DNA of 64,000 nucleotides from Isurus oxyrinchus (taxonomy: Eukaryota): the NCBI GenBank assembly GCA_026770705.1, contig JANJGN010000071.1, forward strand, positions 2,108,001 through 2,172,000. The letters run 5' to 3'. Position numbers and translations under genes: made by a program. Position 1 is the stretch's first letter. Each line of letters starts with the position of its first letter. Below the pieces are notes generated by a model. It ran no database searches and was not told where the DNA came from. It saw nothing but the letters and a program-made list of their open reading frames with translations. Shown here piece by piece: positions 1 through 12,600 of the stretch.

Positions 1-1439
1 GAACGTTGTTACAAATATCACACAAAGGGCACACGCCATGATAGCCCACTTTCAACAGATTTTACCAGTTGACCAGGTTGAAAACCTTTTCATAAACCAC
101 AACGTAGGTGTTCAATTCTTGCTGCTGTTTGCTTAATGTTCTCATAACTGCTATAACCTCTCTAGTTCCACTACATAACAACACCAACATAAATAAACAG
201 AAGCAGGAGTAGGCCTTTTGGCCCCCCAAGCCTGCTTGTCCATTCAATTTGAACCTGGCTCCTGCTGAAAGTTATTTAAGTTGAAGCGATAAAGCCATCA
301 GGTGCAGGGATTAAAATGTAAGCAAAGGAAAAATAATACTTAGAGATGAGATTTAAAATCAGTTTCTGTCAAGTATCATAGTGAGGCCCATTGCTCTGGA
401 TTCCTTCTTTCCAGAGTGAAGGGTTTGATGCTAGGAGTCACATTCAGCAGCTGCATTGTCTTCTCTAGTCGACTGTTTGGAGGTTGCCTGTAGATGTGAA
501 TCAGCAGGTCAGCAGCTTTGAGGAGTGAGTGAAGGTCCCTTTTATTTACAGGATCTGCCACAGGATGTGTAGGAATATTCCTGCTGAATCCCCCATCCTT
601 GTATTCATGAAGGTTTTGAAACTGGAAGTCATATTCAGCAGCTGCAATGGCCTTTGTAGTCAACTGTCTGGAGGTTGCCTGTACAGGTGGACTCGGCATG
701 TCAACAGCTTTGTTGGGCGGGGGGGTGCACGGGTAGTGAAGGTCCCCTTTCTTTAAAGGCTCTGCCAGCGCAAAACTTGATGATCCTGGGTCAAAATCAT
801 GTATCACCCTCCCCAAAAGCACTGTGGGTGTGACCTATGGAGGTTCCTTGGCTTCGACAAGCAGCCTACCAGCTCTGCTCTCAATTCCTCTTCACACTTG
901 CTTCCTTCCTCCTCTGGTCTTTACTTTGTTATAGTGTTAGTGTCCGCTCTGCCTTTTTTGTAGCTTTCCCAATTCTTCCCACCAACTCTCTCTGGCTTGA
1001 TCCTTCTCTGTGCTCATCTCATTGGTTTGGGTTTCTATCCGTTCATTGACCTGGTGTAATCTGAAACTGGTGCAATCAGGTAGGGGTGGGGGGGTTGGCG
1101 CTGGCCGTGGGTGGTGATACACGGCTACCTTTTTACCAAAATTCTTTCACGGGATGTGGACAGCGTTTGTTACCTGTTCCAGACTGACCCCTTGAGAAGG
1201 GGGTGCTGAGCTGCCTTTTCGAAGTGCTGCAGTTCGCCTGGTTTGACTGGTCTGTGGCGGGTTTTGATATAACTCAGTGGCTTGCTCGGCCATTTCAGGG
1301 GCCAGTTAAGAGTCAACCACATTGCTGTGGGTCAGGAGTCACACGTAGGCCAGAATGGGTAAGGACGGCAGGTTTCCTTCCCCAAAGGGCATTAGTGACC
1401 CAGATGGGTTTTTGCAACAATTGGCCTTAGTTTCATGGT

Positions 1440-2550
1440 CACCATTACTGAGACTAGCTTCGCATTCCAGATGTCACATCCAGTCGTGGACAATCAAACA
1501 ACTCACTGGAGGAGGAGTCTCCACAAATATCCCCATCCTCAATGATGGAGGAGCCCAGCACATCGGTGCAAAAGACAAGACTGAAGCATGCGCAACAATC
1601 TTCAGCCAGAAGTGCTGAGTGGGTGATCCATCTCGGCCTCCTCCGGAGGTCCCCAGCATCAGAGATGCCAATCTTTAGCCAATTCGATTAATTCCACTTG
1701 ATATCAAGAAAGGGCTGAAGGCACTGGATATTGTAAATGCTCCAGGCCCTGAAAATATTCCGGCAATAGTACTGAAGACTTGTGCTCCAGAACTTGCTGC
1801 ACCCCTAGCCAAGCTTTTCTGGAATTTTCTAGTACAGCTGCAACACTGGCAACTACCCGGCTATGGGTTACGTCCTGTACACAAAAAGCAGGACAAATCC
1901 AACCCAGCCAATTCCCCAGCAGTCTATTCTTGATCATTACTAAAGTGATGGAAGGGGTCATCAACAGCGCTTTCAAGCAGCACCTGCTTAGCAAGAACCT
2001 GCTCACTGATGCTCAGTTTGTGTTCCACCAGGATCATTCAGCTCCTGGCCTCATTACAGCCTTGGTTCAAACATGCACAAAGGAGCTGAACTCCAGAGGT
2101 GAGAGTGACTGTCCTTGACATCAAGGCAGCATTTGACTGAGTGTGGCAAATCAAGGAGCCCGAGCAAAACTGGAGTCAATGGGAATCGGGGGGAAACTCT
2201 CTGCTGCTTGGAGTCATACCCAGCACAAAGGACGATGGTTGTGATTATTGGGGGTCAATCATCTCAGTTCCAGGACATCACTGCAGGAGTTGCTCAGGGT
2301 AGTGTCCTAGGCTCAAACATCTTCAACTGCTTCATCAATGTCCTTCCTTCCATCATAAGGTCAGAAGTGGGGATGTTTGCTGATGTTTGCACAATGTTCA
2401 GCATCATTCATGGCTCCTCAGATACTGAAGCAAGTTATGTCCAAATGCAGCAAGACCTGGACAACATCCAGGCTTGGGCTGACAGGTGATAAGTAACATT
2501 CATGCCACACAAGTGCCAGGCAATGACCAGCTCCAACAAGAGAGAATCTC
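1440..2550 (+). mobile_element. Decayed CR1/L2-clade LINE RT fragment
   Basis: GVAQGSVLG..F..FINVL..MFADV, with frameshifts. Confidence 0.85.
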
Positions 2551-3024
2551 ACTGAAGGTGCAGAAAATTTGGATTTATTTTAAAGAGCCAGCCAGGACCA
2601 GCAGCTAGGGTGACAAAGCGTACACAGACAATCACATCCTTACGTGAAAGCTAAAAACCTGTACAAAGGGTTCAGCTGTAAATTTGCAATGAGGAAATGG
2701 GAGACACACACACAAGGACACAGGGTGACTCAATCAAGAAATGGGGAAGGTTATTTCATACCGTCCATTGGCCTTGAACCACATCCAGTCAGCCTCCGGA
2801 AACCTTTTGTAGGGAACAAACATAGATTCTTTGCTGTCTCAAAAGGACAATAGCCAGTCTCTGCCCTGTAATTACTGTACAAGAACACAATTATCAACCC
2901 ACCGGAGGGTCATTGTGCTGTGGCCTTTGTCTAACTAATACCATTACCTTGTAACTGAGAGTAAAAAATATATAAACTGTGCTCATTTGAACCTCGGTGG
3001 AGAAGCACCTGGACTGCCCAGGAA

Positions 3025-3970
3025 TGGCGGCTAAATGAGCTGCTGACACAAAGATAGGTTGGAAAGTAAATTGTGAAGAGGATGTAAAGTGGTTAGAAAG
3101 TGACATCGATAGGTTAAGTGAGTGGGCAAAGATCTGACAAATGGTGTATAATGTGGGCACATGTGAAATTGTTCATTTTGTCACAAAGAACAAGAAGGAA
3201 GATTATTATCTAAAAGGTGAGAGATGGTAGAGCTCTGAGATGCAGAGGGATCTGGGTGTCCTCGTGCATGAATCACAAAAGGCTGGTTTGCAGATACAGC
3301 AGGTCAATCGGAAAGCTAATGGGATGTTATAATTTACTGTGGGGGAATTGAATAGAAAAGTAGGGAGGTTACGTTCAGTTGTACAGGGCACTGGTGAGAC
3401 CACAACTGGAGTACTCTGTACAGTAAGGTCACCTTACTTAAAGAAAGATGTAAATGCATTAGAAGCAGTTCAGAGAAGGTTTACTTGACTAATACCAGGA
3501 TTGGGCGGGTTGTCTTATGAGGTCAGGTTGGACAGGTTAGGCTTGTATCCACTGGAGTTTAGAAGAGTAAGAGGCAACTTAATTAAAACCTTTAAGATCC
3601 AGGTGAGTCTTGACAGGGTGGATATGGAGAGGATGTTCCCTCTTGTGTGAGAATCTAGAACTAGGGGGTCATGGTTTAAAAATAAGGGGTCGCTCATTTA
3701 AGATAGAGATGAGGCGAAATGTTTTCTCTCAGAGGGTAGTAAGTCTTTGGAACACTCTGCCTCAAAAGGCAGTGGAAACAGGGTCTTTGAATATTTTTAA
3801 GGCAGAGCTAGATAGATTCTTGATTAACAAGGGGGTGAAAGGTCATTGGGGGTAGACAGGAATGTGAGGTTGAGGTGACAATCAGATCAGCCATGATCTT
3901 ACTGAATGGCGGAGCAGGTTCGAGGGGCGAGTGACCTACTCCTGATCCTAACTCAGATATCCATATGTTC
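3025..3970 (+). mobile_element. CR1-type LINE 3' fragment
   Basis: RRNVFSQRVVSLWNTLP..FKAELDRFL. Confidence 0.85.
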
Positions 3971-5297
3971 TCAAAGGCAATTGGGGATGGGCAACAAATA
4001 CTGGCCTAGCCAGTGACACCAACATCCCTGAAATGAATAAGAAAAAAATGTATCAATCAATTAAATTTATTGATTAATCGAATCGAAATTCCTCCAGCTG
4101 CCGTGGTGGGATTTGAACCCGTGCCTTCAAAGTATTCACCTGGGCCTCTGGATCACTGGCCTAGTGCCATTCCCATTGTGTGACTGTCTGCTATCATCAT
4201 GGCTCTTTCACATCGATGTGGAAGTCCTGATAACAGAAGCATTGGACGAGGTACAGAAAGGTGACAAATCAGGAGCTCCATTGCTCAATATGAACGGATA
4301 ATAAAGATAAATGAACATAAACCTTCCAGTCGCTAATTAGGGAGTCACTGTGGAGCCCATGAGTCCCTCGCAGCGCTATTGCAACTGTCTGGATCCCCAG
4401 TAGGGGACTCGGGGTGCAGCTGTGTCTTCCTCATCATTTGGAAAAGCCGGAATTGTTCGGGTGCCCCTTCAAACAGGCCGAAGATGCAGTGGTTGATGTC
4501 TCCCACAGGCCCTGGGAGACCTCCCCTGCCAATTTGTTTTGTAGCTTATTCTTCAACTGCGACATTGGATCAGCTTGAAAAAGGGTGAGGCTGAGGCAAT
4601 ACCACCAGGTAAGCGTCTATCCCCTCACACTTCACCCCCCCACCCCCGTAACCGTCACAATCCCTCCCATCGTGCTGGAGGAGCATAATGTGCACATTCC
4701 CCTCCTTCCAATCAGTCTCCTCCCTTCCTCTCTAATCCTTGATCTTATTGTGTTCGGGGTTGACATCCCAGTCCTCCTCCCTAGACTGTCTGATGTTGAC
4801 ATCCCAATGCCCCATGTAGACCTGACCTCTCTCCAACTAGAGGCCCACTGTACTGTGACTTACAGAGACCACCGGCCCCCCTCGATTCCCACCCCCACCC
4901 CTACCCTCTATATTACCTGCTCCCCACTGACAGGCTGCAGATGCCTCCCCTGACTGGGATTGTGCCACCTGCGGCCTAGTATCAAGCCCCCACCCCCAGG
5001 ACCGACGTGTGTGAGGGACTGACCACGTCACTCACACCATGCTGGGCACCACCAACCCAGGACTGCCAGACTCTCCCCACCACACTGGACTGGGACTAGA
5101 ATAGGCGTGCCAAGCACAGCTCTCTAAATCGTGGCGCAGACCCACAGCACTCGCAATGTTTTGTGGCCCGAATCCTTGCTGAGGAACTGCCCAGCACTAA
5201 AATCAAAACAACTGCAGATGCTGGAAATCCAAAACAGAAACAGAAACAGAAATACCTGGAAAAACTCAGCAGGTCTGGCAGCATCGGCGGAGAAGAA

Positions 5298-5812
5298 CTG
5301 AGGGAGTGCGGCACTGTCGGAGGTTCAGTACTGAGGGAGTGCTGCACTGTCGGAGGGTTTGAACTGAGAGAGTGCTGCACTGTCGGAGGGTCTGAGCTGA
5401 GGGAGTGCTGCACTGTCGGAGGGTATGAACTGAGGGAGAGCTGCACTGTCGGAGGGTTTGAACTGACGGAGTGCTGCACTGTCGGAGGGTCTGAACTGAA
5501 GGAGTGCTGCACTGTCGGAGGGTCTGAACTGAGGGAGTGCTGCACTGTCGGAGGGTCTGAAATGAGGGAGTGCTGCACTGTCAGAGGGTCTGAACTGAGA
5601 AAGTGCTGCACTGTCAGAGGGTCTGAACTGAGGGAGTGCTGCACTGTCGGAGGTTCTGAACTGAGGGAGTGCTGCACTGTCGGAGGGTTTGAACTGAGGG
5701 AGTGCTGCACAGTCGGAGGGTCTGAACTGAGGGAGTGCTGCACTGTCGGAGGGTTTGAACTGAGGGAGTGCTGCATTGTCGGAGGGTCTGATCTGAGGGA
5801 GTGCTGCACTGT
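5298..5812 (+). repeat. 33-bp minisatellite (variant tctgaactga)
   Basis: Tandem ctgagggagtgctgcactgtcggagggtctgaa. Confidence 0.95.
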
Positions 5813-6544
5813 CTAAAGAACATTGTACAAATTGCACAAAATTTCATCTGATGCCTGTGTCTCATGCTAACATGAAGTTCATGCACACAACAGGAATATT
5901 TCTCGCTGTTTCTCTGCAGCAAGACAGCTTTGGTATCACACCACCCACTGGCAAGAGTGTGCAGTTACAATGTGACATGTTTACATTGGAAATTTCTATT
6001 ATAAAGATGGACAGAGGAATTCATCTGATTGGAAAACGTGACAACAGGAAGCTATGTCTTTGAGCCAAGTATTTTGCAGCAAAACAAGAATTTTAATCTT
6101 TAAATATCTACAGAACAGGCTGAGCATTTTAATCACTTGAGTTAATCAATGTAATTTTATTCATAAGCCAAATGCTTCTTACAATCTATCGCAGCATGAA
6201 AAAGGTGCAGCATTCAGAAAGCACATTCCAATCAGAGAACAGAGTTTAGCAACGTCACATTTCTGTTCATTCCTATTCGATGAACAATTTCAAAAGGAAA
6301 TTGGACGGAAATTGGAAATAAATTTGCAGGGATACGGGGATAGAGCAGGGGATGGGACTGAGTGGATTGCTTTACAGAGAGACAGCATAGACTCAATGGG
6401 CCAAATGTCCTCCTCCATTGCTGGAATGACTCGATGATACGGAGATGATTATAACCAGGACACTGACCAGTTTCATTACAACTTAACACAACATCACACG
6501 TTATTTGTCCGCACTGACTGACCAGATTGTTGCTGTACAAAGCT

Positions 6545-6684
6545 TCAAACAGTCTGTCGACTTCCTTTCACTGTTTGTCTCTCCCAGACACAGACTCCAG
6601 TGATAGTGATAACCACAGCCACAAGGAAGATCACAGCTCGTATTCCCAGGATCAGGATCACGTGCAGAATCTCTCCTCCACTGT
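6545..6684 (-). CDS. Gene A TM + short cytoplasmic exon: (D)SGGEILHVILILGIRAVIFLVAVVITITGVCVWERQTVKGSRQTV*
   Basis: Polypyrimidine acceptor ttctttctgtgtgttctctag, phase-1 frame, a ~28-aa hydrophobic stretch with internal Arg (CGA, 6640-6638), then TGA. This frame is not in the ORF track. Confidence 0.85.
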
Positions 6685-9600
6685 CTAGAGAACACACAGA
6701 AAGAAATCATCACTGACTCTCCGCTTTCAATCTCTCACTCTGGCTGAACAATCAAGCTTCATATCACTGCAACATTTGCTGTAATATTGACCCATCCACT
6801 GGGATTCAATGTGGAAGGAATGTTTTCATTGTAAACACTCTAAGAGTGGACAATCGGAACTTTCCCCTTAGCGTGGAACATTGGTGAGAATGGATCATTG
6901 TGCTGTTGGACTCCCTGTCCAATGTTTCTCTCCATCGCTGTGTACAGGATTGTGCTGTAGAAAATTCTGGAAACGTTTAGTGCAGGGTGGAAATCCATCT
7001 CGGACGCGTGTGCGAATCGGGCAGGATCGAGATGGACTCCCCCACGGACTTACACCCCCCGCTTAATAAACAGTTCCAATCTTTACCCAGAGAGAGGGGA
7101 GAATGTGGAACTCACTCCCACAGGGAATGGTTGAGGTGAATAGTAGGAAATTAGGAAGTGAAATTGCTTGAAAAGCTTGGAGATGCAAGGGTTAAGTGTT
7201 ACCGTGCCACCACTGGTGGGAGAGTGTAACTACAGCGTGACGTTTACATAGGCAATCCCCATTATGAACATGGACATCATGTGAAAAATGGGCACTGGAA
7301 AGCTGAGAACTTGATGTAAGCTTTTCAGCAACAGGAATTCCCTTCCTAAACCTCTCCACTTCCCTCTTATTCTCAGATACTCAAACAAAATTTCACACAA
7401 AATCACGTAAGGAGGAATTGGGACTGGTGACTGGTCAAAGAGTTAGATTTCAGGAAGGTTCTTAAAGTAGGATAGAGAGTTGGAGAGGCAGAGAGTATCT
7501 GTGAGTATCTCTGTGCATCTGAGTGTCTGTAATAGACTTTGCAATTTCCATATTCTTCCATAAATATGAAAGGGAACACAAATCCCAGAATCCAGGTCAA
7601 CTCTCCGGTGCAGCACTGAGGGAGGTCAGGTAATCCACAGGGGAGTATGTGCTAGTGTGTTTGTTTGTGAGTGTGTCTTTGTGTGTGCTCATAGATGTGG
7701 GATTGTGTGTCTGCAGGTGTCTATTTAAGGCTGGATATTTATGTGTGTTTCTGTAGTGTTTCAATCTGAGAGAGATGTTGAAGTTTGTCTTAACTAACGT
7801 TCCACAGTGATGGTTATGAACCCCTCCACTGCTCCATGTTCATTCTCTGAGCACACTGATAGTCTCCAGTATCCCTGGATGTAACGTGAGGAATCACCAA
7901 CCACAGCTCATTGTTGGAACTTGTTCTGTTCATTGTGATATTCAGATGTCAGGACCGGACTCAACAAGACAGATTGCAGGTTTACCAACAGAAAGTGAAC
8001 AACAATTTATATTTAAAGGGAAGAGAGTGCTGGTTAATCAGCAAGTGGTCTCTGATTGGAGGAGGTGTTGCCATGGAAAATAATGTGTGTGAGATGTAAA
8101 GTTTAGACAGCTTGTCTCTTCATTCAGCAACAATCAAATAAAGATCAGTTAACTTCTATCGACTGTGAAGCACTTTGAGAGGTCTGAGAATGTGGACACT
8201 GAGAACGGGCTGCACTGTCAGAGGGTCAGCGCTGAGGGAGTGCTGATGTAGAATGAAAGGTGTCTGTAATTACCTTGCACAGTTAGTACGAGGGTCCGCT
8301 CCGATGAAACAGATGGATATCTCACTCTGCAGCTGAGAGTGTGTCCATGGTGTTTGAGTGATGGGATCAGGGTCAGAACAGAAGTATAGGACAGAGTGAC
8401 ACCATGCTGAGTTACAGTGTTTGAGACTGATCCAGGTACGTCAGTGGGAGTGTCCCAGGTTAAGACAGGTGCTGCTGTTCCATTGCACGTTGTGTTGAAG
8501 GTGCAGCTTACATCCACACGCTTTCCTGCAATAATTTCAGCAGGGAATATCGTGGGTTTATCTGTGAAATCTAACAGACAGAGAATGGATCCTTTTAGAG
8601 AAATATAACGTGAAGCATCAGTTCAAATAGAAATCACAGTCCCACAAGAAAAAGCACTTTTACAAGGATGATATCAGATCTGAGAGGTTACAATGATTAG
8701 GAGAGAATTTCCTGCTTTGAGACTTTGGTGTTTCTGTCTCTCAGCTTAATACACGTTCACTCCGAGACACTTGAACTGATAATAGTGGGTGAGGGTGGTG
8801 GAGCAGACCAGAGTTTGGAGTGCACTAACCCATCAGTCCCTCAGCGATCTGGGCCATTTATTACTTTGCAATTTGTGGGAGCTTGCTGTATGCAAATTGG
8901 TTGCTGTGTTTCCCACATTACAATAGTAACTACAATTCAGGAATCAGCTCATTGGCTGTGAAGTGATTTGGTCCATGCTGAGGTGGTGAAAGGTGCTACA
9001 GAAATGTGAATCTTTCTTCTGTCGCTAAGTCAGACTTCGAGACAGGATTAGAGAGATCGATAGGAGTGGATAACCTGATAACATTGATGGACACAGTCAA
9101 TACATTTAATCATTGATATTAAAGTGAGTATTAGAGGTTGCTTTAGGAGTGAATTGGAAGCGATCACCAGGTTATTGAGAATCAGACAGTGTGTTATAAT
9201 AAGCTGTGTTTTGTGTTAATACGTAAACGTCACAGTTTGTGTTATTTCCCATTGAGTGTTGAATGTGAATTGTTGAGTAATTATAACACAGCACTTACCA
9301 GAAACGTGAAGCTGGGTTACAGGGTAATAGTTATGGCTCGGACCATTGTCAAATTCTATTCTGAAAAAATAAGGACCCGCATCTTCCCGTCTGATGTTGT
9401 TTATAATCAGGGAACAGTCGCCATCTTTCAGGTCTCCAGACAGCCGGGTCCAATGGTGGAACCGTGGTAACTCGTGACTGTGATCCTTGGAGTGAAAGGC
9501 TATAGACGATGTTCTCCATTCCTCATTATTAAACCAGACTCCACCTCGCGGTTGGTTTTCCAGACACGATGGATAACTGTAATGACATGGAATCTGTACA

Positions 9601-12600
9601 CAGGAACCTTCCTGCGCTGTCACCTGTCGTGGATTGTCACCTTTCCACTCTTGCGAGGGTTCAGCTGGGGAGAGAAATCTCAATATTTATCTCTGGATGG
9701 TTTGTGGATCCACTGAACCCAATATTTACAGATGAGGCTGAATTGGGGGGATGGTCAATACTGAGGAGAATGGCAACAAATTATATTGTCAGGAAGAATA
9801 GAAAAACAGGATATAATTTAAATGGAGACAGGCTGCAGAATGCAGTACAGAGGGATCTGGGTGTCCTGGTACATGAATCACAGAAAGTCAGCATTCAGGA
9901 ACACCACAGAATGAGGAAGGCAAGTGGAATGTTGGCCTTTATTGCAAAGGGATGGAGTATAAAAGGAGGGAAGTCTTGCAACAGCTGCACAGGGTGTTAG
10001 TGAGATTGTAACAGGATCATTGTGTACAGGCAGTTCAGAGAAGCTTCACTGGGCTGATTCCTGGGATTAAAGGGTTTGTCCTGTGAGGAAATGTTGAGCA
10101 GGTTGGGCCTGTATCCATTGGAGTTTAGAAGAATGAGGGGTGAGCTTATTGAAACATATCCGATTCCGAGGGGGCTTGACAGGGTGGATGCTGGGAGGAT
10201 GTTTCCCCCTCGTGGGGGAATCTAGAACCAGGGAGCACAGTTTCGGAATGAGGGCTCTCCCATTTAAGACTGAGATGAGGAGGAATTTCCTCTCTCAGAG
10301 GGGTGCTAGCCTGTGGAATTCTCTTCCCCAGAGAGCAGTGGAGGCTGGGCCATTGAATAGACTCAAGGCTGAGTGAGGCAGGTTTTTGATCGACAAGGGA
10401 GTCAAGGGTTTGGGGGACAAGCAGGAAAATGGAGTTAAGGCCGCAACCAGATCAGTGAGAGCAGGCTGGAGGGACCGAATGGCCTGCTCCTGTCCCTATT
10501 TCTTATGTTCCTACATTCTTACCTTCCTAAAATATTAAAGCTGCAGAATAAACATGCAAGTGACTGACCCGCTCGACCCACCTTCCATCTGGGGGTCCCA
10601 TGGGGAGGACCCTTCCTGAGCCAGATCCACCAGCCAACATGGTCTGGATCTGAGCACAGGAGACACGGGGGGGAGTGACTAACAGGCTCCTTGTGACAGG
10701 CCCCGTCTGTCCAATGGCTGGCTTTCAGCTGCCAAGGCCAGAGTTGTCCTTGCTAAAACCGGCTCAGGACAGGCCAGGACCCCTGTGCAGACCCCCTCCA
10801 GCGCTGCAGCCTCTGTACAAACCCCTCATGCGCTTGTGGAGAGACACAAACAAGGCTGCACATTACCGAGGAGAATCCCCTCTACGGACTAAGGGGCTGA
10901 CTCATCACCTTAAACTCAGCAAATGAGGAGGCTCTCGCTCGGTATCGGGGCTTGGCATTGGCTCAATAAAAATAAGAGCTGTTTCAGCACAGTGGCTGGG
11001 GTGGGAACCTGATTGAAGGGATTCAAACATGGAGTTCCGGGAAAGATGGGAACGGATTCGGGAGATGGAAACACGTTGCAGGACTTTGGAGGGGAAAGAG
11101 AGGCTGGGGATGGGACGGGAGATTACACAGACAGTGTGAGGGGTGGAAGGTGTAGTGGGGAGGAGACACTTTACTCAGGGGGGAGGTGTCATCACCCCTC
11201 AGCTCGGTTTACGTTACAGCTATGATGTGGATTCAATCACACACAATAAGCTCATGGATCTGGGAGCAGAAATAGACAAATCATTAAAAATAGTGACGCT
11301 GGTTAACACGGCCAAAAAACAAGCAAATCAAACACTATTATTTGCCATTGAGTGTTGGATGTGAATTGTTGAGTAATTATAACACAGCACTTACCAGAAA
11401 CATGAAGCTGGGTTTCAGGACGGTCGTTGTATCTATTCCTGCTGTCAAAATCTGTTCTGAATAAATAATATCCTGCATCTTCCCGTCTGATGTTGTTTAT
11501 AATCAGGGAACAGTCACCATCTTTCAGGTCTCCAGAAAGCCGGGTCCGATGGTGGAACCGTGGTAACTCGTGACTGTGATCCTTGGAGTGAAAGGCTATA
11601 GACCATGTTTCCCAATTCCTTCTCATATACCAGATTCCAACAGGTGATCTCGGTACTAAATATGATGGGTAGCTGTAATGACACGGAATCTGTACACACG
11701 AACCTTCCTGCGCTGTCACCTCTCGTGGAGTGTCACCTTTCCACACTTGTGGTAGTCCAGCTAGGGGGAGAAATATCAATATTTAACTCTGAATGTTTTG
11801 TCAATCCACTAGACTCAAAATCCACCCCCTCCATCACTGGGGCACAGTGGCTGCAGTCTGGACTCACAATGAATGCCCCAATGTTTCACAACACATTGAA
11901 GAGAATCCTGGATACAGGAGTGGACAAGTTCATTCTACATTGGCTCGTAGCCCTCAGGAACCTGCTTAGTGAAGCCAGTCTTCCACCCAACACAGTGTCT
12001 ACAAGACACACTAATTGAAGTGAGTTCACTGCTGATTTACAAACTAGGACAATGGATTAGGAGCCTTCAGAATTCCCCCATTATCACCATGATGAATCAT
12101 GAATTGGCCTAGCTGTCCTAGATCCTCAGTGTCTAAGGCAGTGGTTCCTATTGTGATGAAAGTATAATAATTTTCATAAAATTTTATAGTATATTGTGAA
12201 GTAGGTTTATGGGGGTACGCATGATGGGTCTGCATGTGATTTAAGTACATTTGGAGTTAATTAGATTGGAAGTTTAAAATGATCAAAAGGAGCTAGGTGC
12301 TTGACATGCTATTGAGTAAACATGGATGCTGCTTAGCATGGAAGGTATGAAGAGAATTTGCATTTTTATTTCAATGAAGGGGTTGTTGGATTTCAAAGGA
12401 ATCTTAGTTTGTTTACAAATAGCCAGATAAGCAAGACTAAGGAATGTGCTTATTTTTCTCAAAGGCTCTTGGCAATATGGGCACCACAAAAGAATTTGTT
12501 ATGAGGAAGATACAGTTTCAAAAACATTTGGAACAATAGAATTTTCATGTTACAAAGAGAGAAATATATATCTATCAGGGAGAATGAAAGGCTATGTGTC

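Noticed and set aside
376-822. 148-aa ORF
   Set aside because: No recognisable domain, internal direct repeat, non-ATG start; probably repeat-derived.
4200-5180. GC-richer stretch with Pro-rich ORFs
   Set aside because: No motif or splice structure I can support; likely TE debris.
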